The notes below the pieces were generated by a model. That model was not told where the DNA came from and did no database searches. It was given only the letters and a program-made list of their open reading frames with translations. Source: an uncultured virus (IMG/VR IMGVR_UViG_3300044679_000029) (lineage: Duplodnaviria > Heunggongvirae > Uroviricota > Caudoviricetes). From it: 64,000 nt of DNA. Both the position numbers and the translations under genes were made by a program. This document shows, in pieces, positions 47,681-57,480 of the stretch (position 1 is its first letter; each line of letters starts with the position of its first letter). The stretch lies in IMG/VR virus record IMGVR_UViG_3300044679_000029, positions 1 to 64,000 of that record. One strand, written 5' to 3'.

Positions 47681-48511
47681 ATGAGTTCAGAAATCGTAAA
47701 ATTATTCAAGTCAGCAGATATCACTGTTCCATCCGATGCGATGGATAAGTACACTACACTGTTCAAGCAGATGACTGGTGAGAGTACCTCTATTGCTCTA
47801 TCAGAAGTCGGTAGTACCTGGCGCCCGGCGCAGTTAAAGCTAGTGCATCCAGTCACCGATGATCAGATGAAGCCAGACTCCGCTAAGACTGGAGATTTCT
47901 ATTGGACCGGTGGTCTAGTAAAGCGTCCACTACACGTTCTCGTTGCTTATGCGTATCCTACGCGCGCACGATTCCTCAAGGGTGTAGACAAGTCACCGTC
48001 TTGCCGTTCGGAGAACGTAGACATGAAGGGACGTGGTAAGTTTGATAAGTCAAAGTCCGTGTATGGTGATTCATGTGCGGCCTGTCCTTATAACGACCAG
48101 CCGTTTACTAACGGTAAGCAGACTAATTGCGTAGACCAAATGAATGTTGTTTTAGTTCCCGAGGATCTTAGTACGGTCTTCATCATGACGTTTAAGTCGT
48201 CTTCCGCGCAGATTGGACGTCGACTTATCGATATGATTCGTAGCACACCGAGTCCGTGGAGCCGGTTCTACGCTATTGATAGCGAGACCAAGAAGCGCGA
48301 CACTGGTGGTGTGTACGCTGTTCCTACTGTCACACCTGTAGCCGATAAGGCAGTTCCTGCACACCTAGCTAAGTTCGCTAGTGATATTGTTTGTGCTCAG
48401 GTTCATTCGGCTCGTCTGGAAGCTAAGGATATTCAGCTCCAACGCCAAGAAGCGGTCGCATCTGTTCTTGGTAAGGTTACTGACGAAGGTTCCGTCCGAG
48501 ATAGTATGTAA
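47681..48511 (+). CDS. putative ssDNA-binding/annealing protein
   Basis: Conserved Cys (CRS...C.ACPY...C); lies in the replication module; strong SD and promoter. Confidence 0.45.
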   Translation: MSSEIVKLFKSADITVPSDAMDKYTTLFKQMTGESTSIALSEVGSTWRPAQLKLVHPVTDDQMKPDSAKTGDFYWTGGLVKRPLHVLVAYAYPTRARFLKGVDKSPSCRSENVDMKGRGKFDKSKSVYGDSCAACPYNDQPFTNGKQTNCVDQMNVVLVPEDLSTVFIMTFKSSSAQIGRRLIDMIRSTPSPWSRFYAIDSETKKRDTGGVYAVPTVTPVADKAVPAHLAKFASDIVCAQVHSARLEAKDIQLQRQEAVASVLGKVTDEGSVRDSM

Positions 48512-48594
48512 TAATCAATAGTATAAACGAGAGCATCTCTCGTCTATACTGCACAGCTATATTATGAGCGAAGCATACTACAGCGGACTAAAAA

Positions 48595-49425
48595 ATGTCT
48601 GATATATTAAAGAAATATGCCCCCTGGAGCTTATCAAAAGCACAGATGGCTAGTCAATGCACTCTTAATTTTAAGTTCACATATATAGATAAACTACCAA
48701 GGCATACCACCACCGGTTCAGCAGCACGGGTCGGTTCGGCGGCGCATAAGTGTCTCGAACTTTTACTTAAGGGTGAAAATATAAATCGTGCAATAAACGT
48801 TGGAGCGGTCGATAACAAATTAGTCTATAACGAAATTGAAGAATTAGCATGCATGAAAGACGGCATGCTCGATTTTATTAATCGACTAGCCAGGTGGAAG
48901 TCTACTCACCCCGTCGAGAAACAGTTCGTCGAAATGAAGTTTGGTATCAATGAAGATTTTAAGCCAACTGGGTTCTGGGATAAGGACGCCGTATTCCGTG
49001 GCGCTTTCGACCTTGGAATGAAAACACAGAAGAACGGGTTGGTTATTATCGACCATAAGTCCGGAACAGAAAAGGCCATATCGGCCTATAAAGACCAGTT
49101 AAATTGCTACGCTCTATCCGGGCAAATTCTATTTCCAGAAATTACTGGTGTTGACACAGCGGTTCATTATATTCAGTCTAAAAATATTGTCTGGGGTGAC
49201 TACATCCCCTCCGAAAAAATTAAGTCTGAGCTATTTCCGTGGCTTGTTGCATTTCTTGAGCAAGCGACTTATAACGTAGATAGTGAAATAGCGAAACCAA
49301 CAAAGGGTTGGTTCTGTAATTTTTGTAGTTATAAACCGATTTGTCCCGCCTGGAATGATACCAAGGTTGCAACCCCAATTGAAGCCGACGTCCCACTAGC
49401 AAAAAACGATCCCTCAAATATATGA
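48595..49425 (+). CDS. PD-(D/E)xK (RecB/Cas4-like) nuclease
   Basis: WS.SK, G.AAH..LE, VE.KFG, RG.FDL, IIDHKSG, QL..YA, C.FC.Y...C. Confidence 0.88.
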   Translation: MSDILKKYAPWSLSKAQMASQCTLNFKFTYIDKLPRHTTTGSAARVGSAAHKCLELLLKGENINRAINVGAVDNKLVYNEIEELACMKDGMLDFINRLARWKSTHPVEKQFVEMKFGINEDFKPTGFWDKDAVFRGAFDLGMKTQKNGLVIIDHKSGTEKAISAYKDQLNCYALSGQILFPEITGVDTAVHYIQSKNIVWGDYIPSEKIKSELFPWLVAFLEQATYNVDSEIAKPTKGWFCNFCSYKPICPAWNDTKVATPIEADVPLAKNDPSNI

Positions 49426-52109
49426 ACACGTGGTTGTCTGGTACCAAATTAACATTTTTAGCTGAGAGTCCGTCGTACGCTTCCACCAGGGGTAAGGACC
49501 CGTTGACGCCGACTGGTGATGGTATGAAGCGCCTGATTTCAAACATCGCAGCTCGTCTAGCTGTTCAATACGAGAAGCCAGGATTCGTGCTAGAGTACAA
49601 TACTGCGTACGCCGTCGATAGGGTTGGCAAGCCATCTGCCAAACTAATTGAAGAGCATCGTAATGTTTGGCAACAAGAGTGGTCTGATAATACTGCTGGC
49701 GACCAAGTTATTATCGCCTTCGGTATGGCTGCGGTTAAGAGTCTTGGTATTAAGGCGCGCAAGATAAAAGATATCCGCGGAACAGTAATGAAGGCTGTTA
49801 TAAATGGGCGAGAAGTTACTGTAGTACCAACTTTATCTTTTTCGCACGTATACTTGCAGCCTGGTCTTATTAATATATTCCTCCGCGACATAACTCTAGC
49901 AGCTAAAGTTGCTTATTTTGGTGAGACTGTAAAGCCAAAGACTATCGGGGAACTTAGTAAGGACTATATCTACCCCAAGTCTGTTCAAGAGGTTTCAGAC
50001 CTGGTTGATATGATTCTTGCGTATAAAGACCCCGCGAAGATGGACGACGCGGATAAGTGGCCTATCTCTATCGATACGGAAACCAATACACTTAAGACGT
50101 ATAAGCCAGGTGCGAAAGTAATCGTTGTTTCGACCGCGTGGGATAGTGGTAAGGCTGCTGCGATTATTCTTGACCACGACCAAGCGCCGTATGATCCCCG
50201 GGAAGCGTGGGTTCATGTTAAGCGCCTGTTAGAATCGCCTAAGCCGAAGATATTCCACAATGCCAAGTACGACCTGACTATGCTAGAATTAGTATCTGGT
50301 TGTAAAGTTAATAATGTATATTGGGATAGCCTTTGCGCTGAACATTTTTTAGACGAAGATAAAAAAGGTTTTTACGGCTTAAAGAATCTAGCACCATTTT
50401 ATACCCCCGAACTTTCTGGCTACGAGGACGATCTCCATGAGCAACTGCACAAGCAAGAGATTGAGGATGATGAGGCAGAAGACGATGCGGGCGAGGATGC
50501 TGAATTCGAGGAGTATAAGGAAGAAGACGACGGTAAAGCTAAGCCTCAAGAAGACGGAGCCTTTGAGCGCGTCGATCTTAACATCCTGCTACCCTACGCT
50601 GCGGCCGACGCTGACGTTACCAGAGAACTCTGTCGAAATCAATTCCGTACAGTTCTTAGACGAAAAGAAGATACAGACGCCCACAAGGTAATGGACGATC
50701 TGTATATTCCTGGCTCGCGTACACTCGGACGCATGGAACATCGCGGCTGTAAGATTGATTTAGCATTACTATCTGAGTATGAAACTGCATTGACTAAACT
50801 TATTTCCGAAACTAAAACTGAAATCTTTAGACTCGCGGGTAAGGAATTCAATATTAACGCAGCTAAGCAAATCTCAGATACACTGCTGAATCTTAACTTC
50901 GAACTATTTAAGCAAACTAAGAAGGGCAAGATCTCAACAGACAAATCTGTATTTGTTTCGTTACAGGCGAAGTATGTTAGTAATAAAAACCAACCAGATT
51001 TTATTGCCGGCGCTATTACTGACGGCGGAAGACTTCGATTAGTCGAGGCGTTGCTACTATATAAATCAGTCACTAAGATGAAGACGTCGTTCATCAAGAA
51101 TATCAGAAACTATACGGCGATCGACGGCAGACTTCATACATCGTTTAATCTCAATGGAACAGCTACGGGAAGACTATCATCTTCTAGACTAAATCTACAG
51201 AATCTACCGCTCTATATGTGTCGTATTCTGCGGCCGGATGGTTCAGTTGTGTATGCCGGTTTCAATGTTAAATCACTTATCGTACCGGATACGGACAACG
51301 AGGTATGGTTTAATCTCGATATCAAGTCGGCTGAGCTGCGAGTACTAGCGTATTACACACAGGACGCGGAACTTATCAAGAACCTTCGTCCAGATGAAAA
51401 CGGTAAGTTATTAGACGTTCATACGTACTTCATGGCAAAGATTTTGAATCCTGGTGTTGCCGGTGATGAAATTCTTGAGAAATACCGAGAACTAAAGACT
51501 AGGTTAGATGGTGGGGATGATGATTTAAAATTATTTAGAGTAGCCATTAAAAAGACCGTCTTTGGGACACTCTACGGGGCTGGAGGAGCGAAGATAGCTC
51601 AGCAGTTAGGTGATGTTACACCAGAATCAATAAACCAAGCCAAGAAAACGATTGCTGATTTGTTCGCGGCGTTTCCAACGTTGAAGAACTACATCGATAG
51701 CACGCATACCGACGTTAATCGTTATGGAGAAGTTAAGACTGTGTTTGGTCGTCGGCGTAGATTCGGACTAATGGAAACTGGAAGTCAGATGCGGTCGGCA
51801 GCACAACGTGAAGCAGTTAACTTCAAGATTCAATCGACTAGCAGTGACCTTGTAGCTTCTCAGTTGGTTGAAATAGAAGCTCATGCACACGAGATTGGTG
51901 CGAAGGCATTACTTACAGTTCACGATAGTATCAGTGGAACTATACAGAAAAGCCGAGTCAAGGAACTAAAGCCATTCCTGGACAAATATATGATTGACCG
52001 AATCAAAGAAAAATTTCCTTGGTTGCCGGTTGATTTTAGTTACGATTTAGAAATAGGTAAAAATTATGGTCAGCATATTCAGTATTCTGAATATATAAAA
52101 GGATTATAG
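49422..52109 (+). CDS. DNA polymerase family A with 3'-5' exonuclease and N-terminal UDG-like domain
   Basis: DTET, HNAKYD, YAAADA exonuclease motifs; TATGRLSS, D.KSAELR, K...FG.LYG, NF.IQS, VHDS. Confidence 0.95.
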   Translation: MNTWLSGTKLTFLAESPSYASTRGKDPLTPTGDGMKRLISNIAARLAVQYEKPGFVLEYNTAYAVDRVGKPSAKLIEEHRNVWQQEWSDNTAGDQVIIAFGMAAVKSLGIKARKIKDIRGTVMKAVINGREVTVVPTLSFSHVYLQPGLINIFLRDITLAAKVAYFGETVKPKTIGELSKDYIYPKSVQEVSDLVDMILAYKDPAKMDDADKWPISIDTETNTLKTYKPGAKVIVVSTAWDSGKAAAIILDHDQAPYDPREAWVHVKRLLESPKPKIFHNAKYDLTMLELVSGCKVNNVYWDSLCAEHFLDEDKKGFYGLKNLAPFYTPELSGYEDDLHEQLHKQEIEDDEAEDDAGEDAEFEEYKEEDDGKAKPQEDGAFERVDLNILLPYAAADADVTRELCRNQFRTVLRRKEDTDAHKVMDDLYIPGSRTLGRMEHRGCKIDLALLSEYETALTKLISETKTEIFRLAGKEFNINAAKQISDTLLNLNFELFKQTKKGKISTDKSVFVSLQAKYVSNKNQPDFIAGAITDGGRLRLVEALLLYKSVTKMKTSFIKNIRNYTAIDGRLHTSFNLNGTATGRLSSSRLNLQNLPLYMCRILRPDGSVVYAGFNVKSLIVPDTDNEVWFNLDIKSAELRVLAYYTQDAELIKNLRPDENGKLLDVHTYFMAKILNPGVAGDEILEKYRELKTRLDGGDDDLKLFRVAIKKTVFGTLYGAGGAKIAQQLGDVTPESINQAKKTIADLFAAFPTLKNYIDSTHTDVNRYGEVKTVFGRRRRFGLMETGSQMRSAAQREAVNFKIQSTSSDLVASQLVEIEAHAHEIGAKALLTVHDSISGTIQKSRVKELKPFLDKYMIDRIKEKFPWLPVDFSYDLEIGKNYGQHIQYSEYIKGL

Positions 52110-52110
52110 C

Positions 52111-52212
52111 GTGAAACTCACACAGTCTGATAAAATACGATTCGAGGAAAAATACACACCTGAGCCAAACTCTGGTTGCTGGTTATGGGTTCACCTATTC
52201 AAGAAAAAATAA
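52111..52212 (+). pseudogene. HNH endonuclease N-terminal remnant
   Basis: RFEEKYTPEPNSGCWLW followed by a premature stop. Confidence 0.6.
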
Positions 52213-52524
52213 ATGACTGAACTCTGGGCCATAGTAACTAGTGTACCCGGTACCTATATCATAGGCGACATCGCTTATGGTTTCGGGTATCAGTACGGGA
52301 ATCAAACTATAACACTAAATGAGCCGCTAGTCATTAAAGTTAAAGGCACAAAATTAGTTATAGAAGAATACGACGCGCTAGAAGGCAACGTAACCTTTCC
52401 GTTATCTAACTCCCCGGTAGGTAAACTTAAGAAAAGCTTATACGCCCCAGTAATTCAATACCGGGAGCTTAAAGCGTCTGGTAAGAGCTTTGAGGAAATG
52501 GCGAAGGATATAAGTGAAGATTAA
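52213..52524 (+). CDS. hypothetical protein
   Basis: Coupled to the operon. Confidence 0.55.
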   Translation: MTELWAIVTSVPGTYIIGDIAYGFGYQYGNQTITLNEPLVIKVKGTKLVIEEYDALEGNVTFPLSNSPVGKLKKSLYAPVIQYRELKASGKSFEEMAKDISED

Positions 52525-52538
52525 TCTGGTGTAATTTT

Positions 52539-54095
52539 TTAGTATACATCGAATTTACCGAGTTGCGTCATCGCAGCCAGTTGGGCAAACGTTAAACTAT
52601 ATAAACTATCATCCGGCAATAGTGGAGATCGTTTCCATAATTTACGATTTGAATTCTCGCTAATCTCTTCAAAATCAGCGAGCACATCATCAAACATAAC
52701 TTTACACTGTTGTTCTTTCGGGAATATCCAATCGCCGCGTTTTACAGATAGCATAAACGTGTCGACCACAGTAGTTTTGTCTGCTATATAACGGTCTTGC
52801 TGATTCCACCTCAGAGGTTTTGCTTGACTCCCCAACTGTACCTGAAAAATAGTATTAGCTGGTAAATTTTCTTTAAGGAGGCTATTCGGGACAGCGCCAC
52901 CGCCGGCATCGCAAAAACATATAGACGGGCCATAACGTCGAAGTATATCAGTCACCTGACGCACTTCCTCACTCGGTGAGATACCTGACGCGAAGATCTT
53001 ATGATGAATAACTCGGTATCGACCGTCATGCGTAATTCCTACTACAGTACAGGCGGTACGAGACATGGCGTTTGGACCAGTAGAGCCGCCAGACCAGTCG
53101 ATGCCTGCGACAATACCTTGGTACTTCTTTTTTTCGATCATCTGAAAGCCGGCATTAATATCTAGCGTTGGGTCACAAAGTGCCTTAAGATCTTCCAAAC
53201 CAACTAGACGTGTGCCTAATGAATCTGATACACCGAGCACTTCGTTCAAGAAAGAACTGGGAGAATACAGTTCCATTTTCTCCAAGATACGTGCCCAGCG
53301 CGACGGACTTTCGCTATTAAGCGGAAGAATTAATTGGCTAATGTGATAACCTTTTATTCGAGCGGTCGGTTTAAGATCGACCCACTTACCACTTCGTGCG
53401 TGAAGCGTATGACCGCAACTAGCGCAGATAATCCCCTTAAGACCAATCGAACGCACTGAATCAATAAAATTTGATTTATTACAACCGTCGCACTTCATCA
53501 CCCACTCGGATGAAGTTGACTGATCAAACAACCATTGTATACCGTTATCGTTAGTTTTAGGTGTACCAGTATATAATATATAACCGTAAGGGCTGTTAGC
53601 TGAACACTCCTTAATAATCGGGAGTAGAGAGATAACATCTAGATCCTGGACCTCGTCCAAGAAGATTCGATCAGCTGAAATACCTCGGATACGATCTGCG
53701 TCTTCCTGCGCGTATGACAAAGCAATTTCCGACCCGTTGGACATAATCTTTAAGAACACGTTTGCAGTAGATCCATAACCACAAAAATTACGACGCACCA
53801 GCGGGGAGTAATTCAATGTCTTAGACAGACGCGTAGTACTAAATTTTGAAGTCTGGTTCTCCGACGGCGACACGTATAACGTCTTCCAGTGTGCTCTAGC
53901 TATACTCTCTGAGATAATGAAGTTTGAGGCCATCGTAGACTTGGAGCACTGACGACCAGATTTAACAATAATTTCTGGCGCGTTACGATCATATATGTCG
54001 TAGGCCCACGGGTAGTCGCGTAAAGATACTGGTTTCCCGTCTAAGTATAATAGACTTTCAACCAGCCTAGATTTGGTTACATTGTACCGGCTCAT
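52539..54095 (-). CDS. terminase large subunit
   Basis: GRQCSKST Walker A, IFLDEVQD Walker B, TGTP motif III, CxxC pairs, GIDW RNase H-like nuclease. Confidence 0.9.
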   Translation of the reverse strand: MSRYNVTKSRLVESLLYLDGKPVSLRDYPWAYDIYDRNAPEIIVKSGRQCSKSTMASNFIISESIARAHWKTLYVSPSENQTSKFSTTRLSKTLNYSPLVRRNFCGYGSTANVFLKIMSNGSEIALSYAQEDADRIRGISADRIFLDEVQDLDVISLLPIIKECSANSPYGYILYTGTPKTNDNGIQWLFDQSTSSEWVMKCDGCNKSNFIDSVRSIGLKGIICASCGHTLHARSGKWVDLKPTARIKGYHISQLILPLNSESPSRWARILEKMELYSPSSFLNEVLGVSDSLGTRLVGLEDLKALCDPTLDINAGFQMIEKKKYQGIVAGIDWSGGSTGPNAMSRTACTVVGITHDGRYRVIHHKIFASGISPSEEVRQVTDILRRYGPSICFCDAGGGAVPNSLLKENLPANTIFQVQLGSQAKPLRWNQQDRYIADKTTVVDTFMLSVKRGDWIFPKEQQCKVMFDDVLADFEEISENSNRKLWKRSPLLPDDSLYSLTFAQLAAMTQLGKFDVY

Positions 54096-54185
54096 AGTAT
54101 AATAATAGACTGATTTATATTTTAGCTAAAAATCTGGTATAAGAACTTGCTTCTAAAGCATTCATGCTTAGATGGGAGAACAAAA

Positions 54186-54442
54186 TGGCAAAGCTAATAA
54201 ACGAGAATATGTTTGAGTTGGATGACGGTCGTGTCGCTTGTTTTGTCTTTGGGCAGAAGTACGCCCTCAAAGACGGCCGAGTTGGTGAGTACACTGGGTG
54301 TTGTGGCTCCGATATCGAACTGTCTATTGGCGCTGGATCCGCTGGCGGGGTCTACATCATCACGGTTACCGCTGAGGACGTTGAGGACACAGATATCGTT
54401 ACCTTTAAATCCGAGCACCGGAAGTTCAGTTATGAGAACTAA
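54186..54442 (+). CDS. hypothetical protein
   Basis: Follows TGGTATAAG (54135) and GGGAG SD. Confidence 0.6.
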
Positions 54443-54473
54443 AGCACTCATGCTTAGAATGAGGAGATAAATA

Positions 54474-54860
54474 ATGAACTTCAACGCCGGCCGTATTTTG
54501 CTAGGAACATTTAAGCAACATATTACGCGGCTTAATAGTACTACCAAAAAGTACAATGTCACTGGAAGTCGAGATGCTAACTCAATATGTATTACACCAG
54601 TTGACAACCAAGAGTATGAAGTAAAGATATCTATTTATGGTCACGTAGACACTGGTGTAATGTTTCTACGTTTGGGCTTTATACGTACGCCTAAAATTGC
54701 CTGCGCAGATACATTTTCGTTCAAAACTGATTTTAAGCAAGACGAGCTAGCTGAACTTTTAGACACCGTCGACAGAATATTCGCCGGTGAGCTTACAGGA
54801 ACTAATTCACTCGACAAACTTTTAAATGAATGCTATAGTAAAAATATTACTGTAGCTTAG
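54474..54860 (+). CDS. hypothetical protein
   Basis: GAGGAG SD. Confidence 0.55.
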   Translation: MNFNAGRILLGTFKQHITRLNSTTKKYNVTGSRDANSICITPVDNQEYEVKISIYGHVDTGVMFLRLGFIRTPKIACADTFSFKTDFKQDELAELLDTVDRIFAGELTGTNSLDKLLNECYSKNITVA

Positions 54861-54868
54861 GATATAAC

Positions 54869-55275
54869 ATGACAAAACCAAATTCAGATTTTTATTTTGG
54901 TATCTACAAGAAGGTACTGGACCGTGTGTACTTAGTGTCATAGATAAGTCTTTCTGGGATACGAACCACACGCTTAAAAGCACCGGTATTGTCGACGATG
55001 ACACCAAGGATAAAATTGATAATGATTTTCTAAAGCAGAATTGTAGCAACTCGACCTGCAGTAGTAGTACGTGGTTTCCTGGAAAACGGGTTGATACTAC
55101 TTATGCTAAGTCATGTAGGGACTACCACAATAGTGAATTTAAGACTGAAGAAACCGCGTCTTCGCCGTCAGAAGTACGCAAGATTGTGGAACAGCACGGG
55201 TTTAAGTATAATCAAGATATATCAGATCTTGTGCGAGCCGCAACTGATAAAGCCATGGAGTTGCTAAATGGATAA
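54869..55275 (+). pseudogene. frameshifted hypothetical gene
   Basis: MTKPNSDFYFGI stops after 24 codons; the -1 frame stays open to TAA at 55273. Confidence 0.5.
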
Positions 55276-55380
55276 AATTTTTGGCTTGTTCGATGGCTGG
55301 AAAGTAACAGTAACGCCTAGCAAGACCCCGTAGCGAATAGCAGTACAGAGTGCATCATTCTATAACAAGGATTCAAATAT

Positions 55381-56625
55381 ATGTCAAAGACTACAGCAGA
55401 GAGCCCAGATACTAATAAGCAGGCGGATGTTGAGCAGTTCAAGTTGATGAAGATGCAGTGGGGCGATCCGGCGTTCGTGAAGGCACACATTAAGGCGTGC
55501 ATGGATACGAATGAGGTCGCCGGAGTCATTGGTAAGGCCGGTATCGGTAAGACCGATATCGTTCAGCAGCTCGTGAAGGAATTGTCCGAGAGTACGGGCA
55601 AGACGTGGGGATGTCGTGTTATCCAACTCCAGCATTTGGAGAAGGAGGACATCGCGGGATTTCCGTTCCCAGATCCTGATAACAGTCACAGCGTGGTGAT
55701 GCGTCTTCTGAAGCGGTTGCCTCGCGAAGGTGATTGTGAGGAGTGTGGCATTATCTTCTTCGATGAGTTCAATCGAGCAGATAAGTCAGTCACGAATGCT
55801 GTCTTCCCCGTCATGGAGGAGCGTCGTATCGGTGACTGGTACGTTCCAAAGGGTTGGCACGTTGTTCTCGCTGGTAACGTCTCTGATGACGCCTACGCGG
55901 TGAATGAGGCGGAGAAGGATCCCGCTATTCGTCGCCGTGTGTGCTGGGTCGGTGCTGTGTGCAATAGCCGTCAGTGGTTGGAGTATGCGCGGTCTGTCGG
56001 TATGCACCAGTCTGTGATCGAGTTCATCGCTGCAAATCCCCCGGCTCTGTACGATGACACCGCGCATCGCAATGGTGCGATTGGTGCTTCTCCTGCGTCT
56101 TGGGAGAAGGTTTCCAAGTCGATGCACGCTGCCGGAAAGAATGGAAAGGCTGTCCTCAGCAAGATCGCCGGAAACATTGGTCTTCCGCGGGCGCTCGATT
56201 TCGTTAAGTTCGCCGAAGAGATCAGCAATAAGCCACCTCCACCGCTTGAAATTCTCTTGAATTTCACTACGGATGAGAATCTACAGCGTCGAGTCAAGAT
56301 GCTGGAGCCGGGTGAGACTGCAAACCTCAGTTCGTCCGTCTTGCACGCTCTCAACGAGTTGAGTGCAGACGCCGATCAGAAGGTCGTTGAGACCAATCTG
56401 GCCGAGTATCTGAATACTCTCACGAGCGACGGGTTCGCCAACTTCATCGAGTTGGTGGTTCAGTCGGTGGCAACTAACATGTCACCGATTGCGGCGAGCG
56501 TGTTGGAGAGCATGTCGCAGGACAAGAAGTATAAGGCTCGCGCCAAGAAGGTCCAGAAGTCGATTGCCTCGTTGAACGGCAAGTCGGTGGTATTGACTGA
56601 TGGCGATAAGACGGTGACAGTCTAG
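55381..56625 (+). CDS. MoxR-like AAA+ ATPase
   Basis: GKAGIGKT, IFFDEFNRA, LAGN, DPAIRRR, SPASWE. Confidence 0.88.
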   Translation: MSKTTAESPDTNKQADVEQFKLMKMQWGDPAFVKAHIKACMDTNEVAGVIGKAGIGKTDIVQQLVKELSESTGKTWGCRVIQLQHLEKEDIAGFPFPDPDNSHSVVMRLLKRLPREGDCEECGIIFFDEFNRADKSVTNAVFPVMEERRIGDWYVPKGWHVVLAGNVSDDAYAVNEAEKDPAIRRRVCWVGAVCNSRQWLEYARSVGMHQSVIEFIAANPPALYDDTAHRNGAIGASPASWEKVSKSMHAAGKNGKAVLSKIAGNIGLPRALDFVKFAEEISNKPPPPLEILLNFTTDENLQRRVKMLEPGETANLSSSVLHALNELSADADQKVVETNLAEYLNTLTSDGFANFIELVVQSVATNMSPIAASVLESMSQDKKYKARAKKVQKSIASLNGKSVVLTDGDKTVTV

Positions 56626-57476
56626 ATTAGACTGTTACAAGCAGTTGTGTAGGACGTAAGACAGTCCAGCAAGTGGTTCTCCACAGAGGCTAATTTGCCT
56701 AGTTGGATGTCTAACGGGGTCTCAGAGAAGGTGGTAGTAGTGAGGTCGTTCTTGTTCGTCTCCGACCAAGCTGCTACCACCTCTTCTGTTGACAGCCCTG
56801 TTCCATTGCGATTCAAATATTTAAGTTCTTCGGCAGCAAAAGTTAATACATCTGGACATACAAGCATACCATATTCATGTAGACATCCAGCCGTGTATAC
56901 GCGCGGTTCTCTGTCTAACGTGGTACCAAAAGCGCCGGTATTTTCTAAGACAAAATCGGCCTCGATACACGCCCAGGCTAAATATGCTGGAGTTACCGGG
57001 CGTAAGATTTCTGTGTCAGGAATTTCTCCGGCAAATGCGGCAACCGTTGTAGCGAAGACATTAGCGTCCATTAAGAATACTGGCATATCAATGAGAAGCA
57101 TCGCGGATAGGAGTTTATTCCTATTTTCATGGGATAAGTCTATATCATGCTCATCAGCTAGTGTATGCCAGATAGTATCTGGGTCAAAAGTAGTTATTAA
57201 TGGGCCTAAAACATTCGTGGCTGCAAGCAAGACTAAACTGGCATTAGTGTCGGGGTTAGCCAATAAAACCTTACTACGGGTCTGCCAGGCCCCCGTACCA
57301 GTCTTATAGTTAATAGTCCTATCCTCATAATGACCCGCGATCTCAGATTGATTACGTTTGCAGGCCGATGCTGCAGCATCAAATGCTGCCTTGGCTTTTA
57401 TAATTGCTTTATTTAGGGCTGGGCTATTCTTAGTGCGCCCAATAGGATCTAAGGCATACGGTTCTTCGATTGTCAT
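56622..57476 (-). CDS. hypothetical protein, likely virion-associated
   Basis: 284-aa ORF co-oriented with 57481..58467. Confidence 0.55.
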   Translation of the reverse strand: MTIEEPYALDPIGRTKNSPALNKAIIKAKAAFDAAASACKRNQSEIAGHYEDRTINYKTGTGAWQTRSKVLLANPDTNASLVLLAATNVLGPLITTFDPDTIWHTLADEHDIDLSHENRNKLLSAMLLIDMPVFLMDANVFATTVAAFAGEIPDTEILRPVTPAYLAWACIEADFVLENTGAFGTTLDREPRVYTAGCLHEYGMLVCPDVLTFAAEELKYLNRNGTGLSTEEVVAAWSETNKNDLTTTTFSETPLDIQLGKLASVENHLLDCLTSYTTACNSLI

Positions 57477-57480
57477 ATCT

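Noticed and set aside
27758-52109. Inteins or introns in the RNAP, helicase or DNA polymerase
   Set aside because: No C...HN intein ends or LAGLIDADG blocks are visible, and motif spacing is continuous.
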